A stretch of DNA of 64,000 nucleotides, taken from contig PBSN01000008.1 of the NCBI GenBank assembly GCA_002726235.1, positions 228,550-292,549 on the forward strand, read 5' to 3'. Made by a program: the position numbers and the translations under genes. This document shows positions 38,448 to 46,960 of this stretch, piece by piece (position 1 is the stretch's first letter; the number at the start of each line of letters is the position of its first letter). The notes below the pieces were generated by a model. That model was not told the origin of the DNA and did no database searches. It saw nothing but the letters and a program-made list of their open reading frames with translations. This DNA comes from Nitrospiraceae bacterium (lineage in GTDB: Bacteria; Nitrospirota; Nitrospiria; Nitrospirales; UBA2166).

Positions 38448-39707
38448 ATGATGCGGATGCCACACATATTGACTACTCCATTAGTTGTCGTCGTGGGTTT
38501 GTTTTGGGCAACCGGAGCCTGGGCGCAAGAATCTAAAATTGATACGGGTGATACCGCATGGATCATCGTTGCCACAGCATTAGTGTTTGCCATGGTGCTA
38601 CCTGGAGTTGCATTTTTTTACGGGGGATTAGTCCGGAGTAAGAATGTGCTAGGTATGCTTATCCAAACAGGCGCCATTATGTGTGTGATAAGTATTGTTT
38701 GGGTATTCTGGGGATACAGTTTGGCATTTGGACCAGATAAAGGGGGTATCATTGGAGGTTTAGATTTTGTGGCCTTGAGTGGGGTTGGATCTGAGCCGGG
38801 TGCTTTAGCGCCAACGATTCCGCATCAACTCTTCATGGTCTTTCAATTAATGTTTGCGGCAATTACCGTTGCTCTGATTACTGGGGCGTTTGCCGAACGT
38901 ATGAAGTTCACCGCCCTACTACTATTTGCGGTTCTTTGGTCGACGTTAATCTACTCACCGCTTGCACATTGGGTGTGGGGAGGTGGCTGGTTACATGCCC
39001 TGGGAGGGCTGGACTTTGCCGGTGGAGCAGTGGTTCACATTAGTTCCGGATTTGCGGCCTTGGCCTGTGCCCTTGTTTTGGGAAAACGGAAAGGGTATGG
39101 CACGGAAAATATGCCACCTCATAACCTCCCGTTCGCGTTTTTAGGGGCGGGAATGCTCTGGTTTGGCTGGTTTGGGTTTAATGCGGGTAGTGCGCTTGGA
39201 GCTAACGAGGTTGCTGTGACGGCTTTTGTCAATACGCACCTCGCGGCGTCTGCAGGGGCGATTAGCTGGATGGTTGCGGAATGGGTGCATCGAGGCAAGC
39301 CCACTCTTTTAGGTGTCGCGAGTGGAATGATCGCTGGTCTTGCGACCATTACTCCAGCGGCGGGATATGTAACGGCGATTCCCTCGGTCTTTATTGGACT
39401 GATTGGTGGCGTGGTGTGCTATCTTGGCGTCGTGTTGAAGCTCAAGCTTGGGTACGATGAGTCACTTGACGTATTGGCTATCCACGGATTTGGAGGCATC
39501 ACTGGGCTTCTTGCGGTTGGACTGCTTGCCACGGAAGGGTCTGTCAGTGCCCAGTTGGTAATGATTGGTGTCGCCGTCGCGTTCTGTTTCATCGGGACCT
39601 ATGTTATTTTGAAGATTGTTGACAGAGTGATTGGGCTGCGTGTTTCGCTTGAGGAAGAGCAGGAAGGTCTTGATCTGAGTCAACATAGGGAGAGGGCGTA
39701 TAGTTAA
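38448..39707 (+). CDS. amtB: Ammonium transporter
   Basis: FQLMFA, DFAGGAVVHISSG, WFGWFGFNAGS and AIHG motifs (twin His). Confidence 0.96.
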   Translation: MMRMPHILTTPLVVVVGLFWATGAWAQESKIDTGDTAWIIVATALVFAMVLPGVAFFYGGLVRSKNVLGMLIQTGAIMCVISIVWVFWGYSLAFGPDKGGIIGGLDFVALSGVGSEPGALAPTIPHQLFMVFQLMFAAITVALITGAFAERMKFTALLLFAVLWSTLIYSPLAHWVWGGGWLHALGGLDFAGGAVVHISSGFAALACALVLGKRKGYGTENMPPHNLPFAFLGAGMLWFGWFGFNAGSALGANEVAVTAFVNTHLAASAGAISWMVAEWVHRGKPTLLGVASGMIAGLATITPAAGYVTAIPSVFIGLIGGVVCYLGVVLKLKLGYDESLDVLAIHGFGGITGLLAVGLLATEGSVSAQLVMIGVAVAFCFIGTYVILKIVDRVIGLRVSLEEEQEGLDLSQHRERAYS

Positions 39708-40317
39708 AACAGCCTCATGTGCTTCTTGTGTTCAAGCAAAGGGTAAACGAGCATGCCCAGCGTTGGATGCCCTTATTTGCCCCCGTTGTTGTGGCGAGCA
39801 ACGGCTTGTTAAGATCGAATGTCTACCAAGCTGTAAGTATCTTACGATCCATGAGGGCTATCAGCGGGAACGGTCAGCGCAAGTCTTTATGATGGAGCGC
39901 GCTAAGGCACTTCACTCATACAAGGACAATACGGCACTAATGGCTGTGGTTGGTCTTGAGATGACCATGTATAAACATTTGGCCAAGTACCCGCAAACGC
40001 GAGATTGGGAAATTATTGCGGGAATGGAGGAGCTCAGGAAACGTCTCAGTCCACTGGCATTTCCCGATTCGAATCGCTCAACCCATGGGAATGAATCGTT
40101 GTGGAAGGACTTTGAACCCTTTCTTAAGGATATTGATCGTTCTGAAGCTGCAGATATTCTTGGAGTATATATTCTCTTTACAAAATCGTTTTCTGGAGAT
40201 GAGCTTCAGTCGCGGCAGTTTCAACGCGGTCTACTGGGATTTCTTCAGCAATATCAGTCTGACATCATTGAGAAAATGCCGCAGCAAGAGAATTCGGGCC
40301 AAATCATCACGGCGTAG
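39700..40317 (+). CDS. Hypothetical protein with N-terminal Cys-rich (zinc-finger-like) region, probable ATA start
   Basis: Frame is open upstream of TTG 39763: IVKTASCASCVQAKGKRACPALDALICPRCCGEQR..CLPSC. In-frame TGA at 39676; SD GGGAGAGGG. Confidence 0.7.
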   Translation: MVKTASCASCVQAKGKRACPALDALICPRCCGEQRLVKIECLPSCKYLTIHEGYQRERSAQVFMMERAKALHSYKDNTALMAVVGLEMTMYKHLAKYPQTRDWEIIAGMEELRKRLSPLAFPDSNRSTHGNESLWKDFEPFLKDIDRSEAADILGVYILFTKSFSGDELQSRQFQRGLLGFLQQYQSDIIEKMPQQENSGQIITA

Positions 40318-40361
40318 TTCCGGCCCTCCGCTCCAGTCCTGCTTTAGGCCCCGTTACAAAG

Positions 40362-41012
40362 ATGGCGATGTTTCAGAGTGAGATACCATTCCATGGTATG
40401 CGGGATATTGATGCCTGCGTGGAGATCATTCGTTCTTTCTATGTCCGCGGCTGGGTTCTTGGAACAGGTGGAAATTTTAGTGTCCTGCTGACCAGGAAGC
40501 CGTTTCGGCTTGCCATTACATCAAGCGGTATAGATAAAGGCATCATTGCTCCTGAGCATTTTCCTCACGTTGATGCGTCGGGGAATGTAGTGGAAGGAAC
40601 TGGAAAGCCGACGGCGGAAGCCGGATTGCATCTTGCCGTGCTTGCGGCTGTAAACGCGGGAGCGGTCTTTCATACACATTCAGTATGGGCAACACTCCTA
40701 TCCACCATTTATTTTCCCAGTGGTGGACTGCATATTGAAGGCTATGAGATGTTAAAGGGATTGCACGGCGTTGATTCGCATACACACCGCGAATGGCTTC
40801 CAATTATTGAAAACTCTCAGAATATACCCAGCCTTGGTGACACGGTCCAGAAGCTTCTTGAGGAGAGTCCCACGGTACATGGATTTTTGATTCGTGGCCA
40901 TGGGCTGTATACCTGGGGGAAGACGATCTATGAGGCAAAACAACACGTTGAAATATTCGAGTTCTTACTTGAGGTCATTGGGCGACGTCGTACGATGCTG
41001 ATAGAGACATAA
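40362..41012 (+). CDS. mtnB: Methylthioribulose-1-phosphate dehydratase
   Basis: [15 protein letters not shown] and GHGLYTWG motifs. Confidence 0.94.
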   Translation: MAMFQSEIPFHGMRDIDACVEIIRSFYVRGWVLGTGGNFSVLLTRKPFRLAITSSGIDKGIIAPEHFPHVDASGNVVEGTGKPTAEAGLHLAVLAAVNAGAVFHTHSVWATLLSTIYFPSGGLHIEGYEMLKGLHGVDSHTHREWLPIIENSQNIPSLGDTVQKLLEESPTVHGFLIRGHGLYTWGKTIYEAKQHVEIFEFLLEVIGRRRTMLIET

Positions 41013-41022
41013 AGGAGCACGA

Positions 41023-41571
41023 ATGGCTATTGTGAAAATACCATATGAAGGCAAGACGCTTGATGCTCAAGAAAGCATTATAGCTTATTTGGCTGGTATA
41101 GGGATTGACTATGAACGCTGGGAGCCGACGTATCCAATTGCACCCGATGCACCAGAAGACGAAATCTTAGATGCCTACAAGCCTGAAATTGATGCGCTGA
41201 AAGTTAGGGGTGGATATGTGACGGCAGATGTGATTGACGTGAATGCGAGCACCCCCAATCTCGAGGCCATGCTGAATAAGTTTCGCAAAGAGCATTGGCA
41301 TGATGAAGATGAAGTACGTTTTATCATCGAAGGACGTGGAGTGTTCCACATTCATCCAAAAGAGCAACCTGTGGTGGCTATTGAAGTTGGGGCAGGGGAT
41401 TTGATTCGGCTACCACGTGGAATCTGGCATTGGTTTGATTTATGTGAGGAAAAACGTATTCGTGCGATTCGCCTCTTTCAGGATCCCGCGGGATGGACAC
41501 CGGTGTATACCGAAAGTGGACTTGAACAAGGATATTTGCCTGTGTGCATGGGGCAGAGTGATATTCCCTAA
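41023..41571 (+). CDS. mtnD: Acireductone dioxygenase
   Basis: [10 protein letters not shown] and HWF cupin motifs; lies between mtnB and mtnC. Confidence 0.94.
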   Translation: MAIVKIPYEGKTLDAQESIIAYLAGIGIDYERWEPTYPIAPDAPEDEILDAYKPEIDALKVRGGYVTADVIDVNASTPNLEAMLNKFRKEHWHDEDEVRFIIEGRGVFHIHPKEQPVVAIEVGAGDLIRLPRGIWHWFDLCEEKRIRAIRLFQDPAGWTPVYTESGLEQGYLPVCMGQSDIP

Positions 41572-41573
41572 TC

Positions 41574-42335
41574 GTGACGGGAGGACTGGTCGTGACGTTC
41601 TCAATAGAGTTTGATGTCCTCTTATTGGATATTGAAGGAACGATCACTCCCATAGATTTTGTGCGCAACACTCTTTTTCCGTTTGCGCGATGCCATGTTC
41701 GGGCATTCGTCGAGCAAAATCATGATGAGCCTTCTGTTCAAGAAGACCTTGAACATTTAAAGATCCAGTGTCTGACAGACATCGCGAATGGTCTGACCCC
41801 ACCAAGGTGGCAAGGTGCGTCCCATGACATTGCAGCGATCGAAACATATGTACATTGGCTCATGGATCAAGACCGAAAGGTTGCTCCACTCAAGTCACTT
41901 CAAGGAAAGGTGTGGAAATTTGGGTATGAGAGTGGGGTGTTGCGAGGGCGTGTGTTCGAGGATGTCCTTCCTGCGCTCCAACGGCTTCAATACCAGAAGA
42001 AGCCCATCTACCTATTTTCCTCTGGAAGTGTGCTGGCCCAGCAACTACTCATTACGCATTCAGAGCGTGGAGACTTGAGTCAATATATCAGCGGATACTT
42101 TGATACAAACACGGGGTCGAAAGGGGAACCTCAGAGTTACGAAACGATTGCAGCGACGATTGGCGTTAAGTCTTCCAACGTGTTATTTATTTCTGATGCA
42201 ATTATCGAGCTTGATGCGGCAACAACAATTGGGATGCAAGTTCTGATGGCAAGGCGCTTTGGAAATGTGGAGCAGGGGGAGTCTTCGTATTTGCGCATTG
42301 AGTCGTTTCATTCATTAGAACTGTCGATGCCGTGA
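41574..42335 (+). CDS. mtnC: Enolase-phosphatase E1 (acireductone synthase)
   Basis: LLDIEGT, DRKVAPLKSLQG and SSGSVLAQ motifs. Confidence 0.94.
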   Translation: MTGGLVVTFSIEFDVLLLDIEGTITPIDFVRNTLFPFARCHVRAFVEQNHDEPSVQEDLEHLKIQCLTDIANGLTPPRWQGASHDIAAIETYVHWLMDQDRKVAPLKSLQGKVWKFGYESGVLRGRVFEDVLPALQRLQYQKKPIYLFSSGSVLAQQLLITHSERGDLSQYISGYFDTNTGSKGEPQSYETIAATIGVKSSNVLFISDAIIELDAATTIGMQVLMARRFGNVEQGESSYLRIESFHSLELSMP

Positions 42336-42407
42336 TTGAGGATACACTGACGTATTCAGGAATGTTGTATAATGGTACAAAGATGGAATATATGTCGAAG
42401 GGGGGGC

Positions 42408-42827
42408 ATGGGTAAGATGTTGTTTTCTTTAGTCGTTATGGTTGTGATGTTGCTTCCGTCACTGGCGCTAGGAGGAACAGCATCTCCAGATGGGGCAAAT
42501 CTTTATATTATTTCGCCGTCTGCCGGAGAGGTTGTGCAGAATCCGGTCACTGTGAAGTTTGGTCTGCAAGTCATGGGGGTAGCTCCAGCCGGTGTTGATA
42601 AGCCCAATACTGGCCATCATCATCTGTTGATTGACACTGCGGTTCCATCTTTGGATAAGCCAATTCCTTCTGACGCTACGCACAAGCATTTTGGGAAGGG
42701 GCAGACAGAGACTAGTCTCATGTTGTCTGCAGGAAAACATACCCTTCAGCTAATTCTTGGCGATAAGGGCCATATTCCCTTCTCTCCCCCTGTGATATCT
42801 GACAAGATTACGATTACGGTGAAGTAA
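42408..42827 (+). CDS. Secreted DUF4399-domain protein
   Basis: Signal peptide; GVAPAG, TGHHHLLID, HFGKGQTE and GKHTLQL motifs. Confidence 0.85.
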   Translation: MGKMLFSLVVMVVMLLPSLALGGTASPDGANLYIISPSAGEVVQNPVTVKFGLQVMGVAPAGVDKPNTGHHHLLIDTAVPSLDKPIPSDATHKHFGKGQTETSLMLSAGKHTLQLILGDKGHIPFSPPVISDKITITVK

Positions 42828-42833
42828 TTAGGT

Positions 42834-42869
42834 CTGGTTCGGGGGGCAGGGGAGGAAAAACCGAACCAG
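42834..42869. terminator. Inverted repeat between convergent genes
   Basis: CTGGTTCGG / CCGAACCAG with an 18-nt loop. Confidence 0.45.
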
Positions 42870-42875
42870 GAGATA

Positions 42876-43565
42876 TCATCCTTCTCTTTGCTGTGCGCCA
42901 CCCCAGAGGTTTGGACGATTCACTGAATTTTGAAGTCGTTTGAGGAATTCTGATCGCGGGAGACCCTTGGCCCCAAATCGTGCCAGGTGCTGTGTGGGAA
43001 CTTGGCAGTCAACGAGATCGAAACTCCACGTTTGCAGTTGCCAAACCAAGGCAACTAAGGCGACTTTCGATGCATCACTCTGGTGGGTAAACATTGACTC
43101 GCCAAAAAATGTTCCACCAAGCGCAATCCCATATACGCCGCCAACTAGTTTCCCCTCACTCCAGCTTTCGATCGAATGGGCAATGCCTAGCCTATGCAGT
43201 TTGGAATAGGCATCTCGCATAGCCGGCGTGATCCAGGTTCCATCTTGCCCGGGTCTGAGGGTTGTGGCGCATCGTTCTATTACGGCGTCAAACATGGTGT
43301 CGTAACGTACCGTGTAACGTTTGGATCGGATCACTCGTCTGAGACGTTGCGAAACATGTAATTCGTGAGGCAAGAGCGTAAAGCGTGGATCTGGTGACCA
43401 CCAACAAATCGGCTCGCCGGTGCTATACCATGGGAATATTCCAAGGCGATAGGCTACGAGTAGTCGTTTAGGAGAGAGGTCGCCGCCGACCGCAAGAAGG
43501 CCATCGGGTTCCGCACGATCTGGCGGGGGGAATAGCGATTCAGGTGGAAGCTGATAAATTGCCAT
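42876..43565 (-). CDS. aat: Leucyl/phenylalanyl-tRNA--protein transferase
   Basis: GLLAVGGDLS, AYRLGIFPW, WWSPDPR, FFGESMF and DASKVAL motifs. Confidence 0.96.
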   Translation of the reverse strand: MAIYQLPPESLFPPPDRAEPDGLLAVGGDLSPKRLLVAYRLGIFPWYSTGEPICWWSPDPRFTLLPHELHVSQRLRRVIRSKRYTVRYDTMFDAVIERCATTLRPGQDGTWITPAMRDAYSKLHRLGIAHSIESWSEGKLVGGVYGIALGGTFFGESMFTHQSDASKVALVALVWQLQTWSFDLVDCQVPTQHLARFGAKGLPRSEFLKRLQNSVNRPNLWGGAQQREG

Positions 43566-43622
43566 GGCAATATTGTTGGCTAAAAACGGGGTTTACACCT
43601 TAACTTAAGCGGAGCGATTATT

Positions 43623-44495
43623 ATGAATGAGAAGGGAGTTCCTCATTCCGCGATACTTTTAGTCTCCTGTTCTGATCAAAGCGGACTTGTGGCTACCATT
43701 ACTCGATTTATCCACGAAAATAACGGAAATATCCTCAATCTTGAACAGCATGTTGATCCCGAAGAGAAAGTATTTTTCATGCGATTGGAGTGGGATCTTG
43801 AACATTTCGAAATTCCGTTGAGCACTTTTGGAGAGACATTTCAACGTTTAATCGCAACGAGATTTGACATGGAATGGTCGTTGCATTCTGCAAACGAAAA
43901 ACCACGCATGGCCGTTTTTGTCTCCACTCTTTCCCATTGCCTGTATGACATTCTTTCGCGTGCACATGCGGGCGAGTGGAATGTTGAAATTCCGCTTATT
44001 GTTAGCAACCACCAGACTCTTAAGCCTGTCGCGGAGAAGTTTGGTGTTGAGTATCGTGTGTTCCCGATGACACCGGATAACAAGCGTACTCAAGAAGAGA
44101 AAGAACTTGCTCTGCTGCAGACGTATCAGATAGATTTTGTTGTTCTTGCACGCTATATGCAAGTTTTAACCTCTGAATTTCTTGATCACTATCCAAATCG
44201 AGTGATCAATATCCATCATTCCTTTCTTCCAGCGCTTGCAGGCGGCAAGCCATACCACTCTGCGCATGATCGAGGAGTGAAAATTATTGGTGCGACTAGT
44301 CACTATGTGACGGCGGAGCTGGATGCTGGGCCAATCATTGAACAAGATATTGTTCGAATTAGTCATGCGGATTCAATTGACGATCTAGTTCGGAAAGGCC
44401 GTGATCTCGAAAAGGGTGTGTTGGCGAGATCAATTTGGCACCACCTCAAGCGAAACATCCTTGTGTTCCGCAACCGCACGATTGTTTTCACGTGA
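43623..44495 (+). CDS. purU: Formyltetrahydrofolate deformylase
   Basis: ACT domain; LARYMQVL, INIHHSFLP and GVKIIGATSHYVT motifs. Confidence 0.97.
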   Translation: MNEKGVPHSAILLVSCSDQSGLVATITRFIHENNGNILNLEQHVDPEEKVFFMRLEWDLEHFEIPLSTFGETFQRLIATRFDMEWSLHSANEKPRMAVFVSTLSHCLYDILSRAHAGEWNVEIPLIVSNHQTLKPVAEKFGVEYRVFPMTPDNKRTQEEKELALLQTYQIDFVVLARYMQVLTSEFLDHYPNRVINIHHSFLPALAGGKPYHSAHDRGVKIIGATSHYVTAELDAGPIIEQDIVRISHADSIDDLVRKGRDLEKGVLARSIWHHLKRNILVFRNRTIVFT

Positions 44496-45088
44496 TTCAA
44501 CGGTCAGTTGATATTTCCCGTGCCCTGCACCATTACCCCCAGAGGAGGAAAATTATTGGGGTTATTGGTTCTTCTGCCATCGAGTTGTCCCAATCTCAGC
44601 AACAGCTTCCGTATTGTGTGGGCAAGTGGATTGCTGAAGCCAATTGTCATCTCTTGACGGGTGGTGGGCCGGGAGTCATGGCCGCCGCCAGCAAAGGTTT
44701 CTGCGCTGTTTCGTCACGTACTGGCCTGTCTATTGGAGTGATTCCGCATGGAAAGCCTGTGGAAATGTATCCGAACTCATGGATAGAGTTGCCGGTCTAT
44801 ACGCATCTTAGGGGAGAGAATCCAAAAGGGGAAGATTCGCGAAATCACATTAACGTTCGTAGCTCCCATGCGATCGTTGCTTTTCCGGGTGGAATTGGAA
44901 CTCTGGCTGAGGTGGAGCTTGCAGTGGCGCGGGAAGTTGCGTGTCCTATCGTTTTATGTTTGCGGGGGCAGGAAATAATCGGTGGGTTGGGAGCTGAGGC
45001 TCTCCGCAATTTCGGTGTTCCTGTCGTTAGTGATTTAGATGCTATTATTGAATTTCTAAACACCGCGTTAGCGCAAGTTGTTGTGTGA
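44492..45088 (+). CDS. LOG/SLOG-family nucleotide-binding protein (TIGR00725-like)
   Basis: LLTGGGPGVMAAA, SRNHIN and PGGIGTLAE motifs. GTG 44492 overlaps the purU stop. Confidence 0.8.
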   Translation: MIQRSVDISRALHHYPQRRKIIGVIGSSAIELSQSQQQLPYCVGKWIAEANCHLLTGGGPGVMAAASKGFCAVSSRTGLSIGVIPHGKPVEMYPNSWIELPVYTHLRGENPKGEDSRNHINVRSSHAIVAFPGGIGTLAEVELAVAREVACPIVLCLRGQEIIGGLGAEALRNFGVPVVSDLDAIIEFLNTALAQVVV

Positions 45089-45473
45089 TACTACGGGATG
45101 AGCTGTTGCTATTTCGCCAAAGCGAGGATCAGTGAGATGCTAAAGTATGGCACGATGATTGGCCGATTGGGGCGGATTGTCTGGGTTTAGTGCATCTTCC
45201 TTAAAGTGGGTGTTGCACGAGGTGTTCAAACGTGAGGTGACATTGGGTGGCTCTGTCGCTCATATCCGGTGGATGAATTCACCTTACGCCATATCCCTTT
45301 CGAGTCCATTTGTGGGGGTTGCTGCGGGGAGTGGCCATCAACTGTCCATGGGACGTGGCACCATATCTATGTTAATTGTAAGTTGGCCTACAGCTTTGTG
45401 TAGGGAGTTCACGCACGATAACCTGATTTGGATGAGAAGTTTCGGTCTGCTCGTAGTAATGGATGTGAGCTGA

Positions 45474-46340
45474 GTGGATCGTTATTTCAAATATGCTTGG
45501 GTTGGGCTTGTCGGAATATTTGTCGTTTTGCCGCTGTTAGGTGTGTGGATGCGGGAACCAGGACAGGTTGAACAGGAGTTAGTCGAAGTAGCTCTCCAAA
45601 GTAGTGAGCAAACTGCCAATATTCAGGATGGGTTCATGATTACGATTCCGGCAGGGGAGTTTATTCAAGGGAGCAGCAGTGGTGCTTACAATGAAAAGCC
45701 AGAAGCAGTAGTCTTTCTGGAGACGTTTTCCATTGACAAGTATGAGGTTTCCAATCGTCGGTATGCTGAGTTTGTCGGACAGGCGGGGCACCGTGCGCCG
45801 GCGTCTCGGTATGGCGGAATGGAAGCATTTCAGCGTCCTGCTTTTCCGGTCGTGTATGTGTCATGGGATGATGCGGTGGCATTTTGTGAGTGGGATGGCA
45901 AACGGCTTCCTACGGAAGCGGAGTGGGAAAAGGCTGCACGAGGTGTGCAGGGCTTGATATGGCCATGGGGCGATAATGCACAGTCTGGAGCGGCGAATGT
46001 CAAGGGCGAGCATGATGGAGCGAAGTACACCGCTCGGATTGGGGCCTTTGAAGATGACCGGAGTGCGTATGGCGTGGTAGATATGGCTGGCAATGTTCGC
46101 GAGTGGGTTCACGACTGGTACGATCAACATGCCTATCGGTTGCGGGCTGGCGAGAAGGGTATTGAGCCAGAGGCGCGTACGACACGGGTTCTCCGCGGTG
46201 GGTCCTGGACCGATTCCTTGGTTACTGCCCGTACAACAGCGCGGTTTAAAATGTTGCCGCGTTACCGTGACACCGCAATTGGTTTCCGGTGCGCGAAGAG
46301 CGGGGATCTGGAAAGATCGACGCGGGATGGAGCGGCGTGA
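45474..46340 (+). CDS. Membrane-anchored FGE-sulfatase (SUMF1-fold) protein
   Basis: RLPTEAEWEKAARG, DMAGNVREW, RGGSW and GFRC motifs; N-terminal TM; no FGE catalytic Cys pair. Confidence 0.9.
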   Translation: MDRYFKYAWVGLVGIFVVLPLLGVWMREPGQVEQELVEVALQSSEQTANIQDGFMITIPAGEFIQGSSSGAYNEKPEAVVFLETFSIDKYEVSNRRYAEFVGQAGHRAPASRYGGMEAFQRPAFPVVYVSWDDAVAFCEWDGKRLPTEAEWEKAARGVQGLIWPWGDNAQSGAANVKGEHDGAKYTARIGAFEDDRSAYGVVDMAGNVREWVHDWYDQHAYRLRAGEKGIEPEARTTRVLRGGSWTDSLVTARTTARFKMLPRYRDTAIGFRCAKSGDLERSTRDGAA

Positions 46341-46592
46341 TGCCGTTAGAGAAGGTCGAAATAGTAAAGTAGCATGAATACTGCGAACAGGATGTTGACG
46401 ACGAGTCCAGCAAGTACGACAGTATCGAATATTCTTTTGCCTTTGTTCATTTTGGTCGGCCGACTTAACTAATCCAAGTGGACTTGAATAACGACGACAC
46501 TTGAAATATCATATGGCGTTTTTTGAAGTCAAGGTGTAAGGTGTTGGCCGGCAGAATAATAACATTGTAACAACGCTGAGGGTGGTGGGTAT

Positions 46593-46715
46593 ATGACAGA
46601 CGGAGGTGGGTTTAACAAGAATGCGCCTAAGTGGCTTGGACCGACGTTGTTCGGGGCCTCGTGTGTTTTTGCCGTGTGGTTCTTTTACTGGTTCGCGACA
46701 GTTGTTCATCACTAA
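46593..46715 (+). CDS. 40-aa single-TM protein
   Basis: MTDGGGFNKNAPKWLGPTLFGASCVFAVWFFYWFATVVHH; G-rich SD; below the ORF-track cutoff. Confidence 0.65.
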   Translation: MTDGGGFNKNAPKWLGPTLFGASCVFAVWFFYWFATVVHH

Positions 46716-46733
46716 CTGGGGAGTACCGTTGAT

Positions 46734-46883
46734 ATGGCAAAAGACGTCATGATGACAATCGTACTGTTTGCGGCTTCAATCGCTTACTTCACGTTCATCA
46801 ATTGGTGGTTGATGGACTTTCAGGGACTCGACTACTGGTATATGTTTCGATCGGGAGCCGAATTAAGCAGTGGTGGCCATTGA
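46734..46883 (+). CDS. 49-aa single-TM protein
   Basis: MAKDVMMTIVLFAASIAYFTFINWWLMDFQGLDYWYMFRSGAELSSGGH; GGGGAG SD. Confidence 0.7.
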   Translation: MAKDVMMTIVLFAASIAYFTFINWWLMDFQGLDYWYMFRSGAELSSGGH

Positions 46884-46960
46884 CGTAATGGGTATAGTGA
46901 CGCGTTGCCGCGACACATCAACTATGTACATGAGCGTACAGTTCCGGGGGAGGATGAAAC

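Noticed and set aside
45159..45473. 104-aa ORF upstream of the FGE-fold gene; similarly 13243-13476, 29052-29252 and 31575-31844
   Set aside because: Weak TTG/GTG starts, no SD or recognisable domain; probably non-coding.
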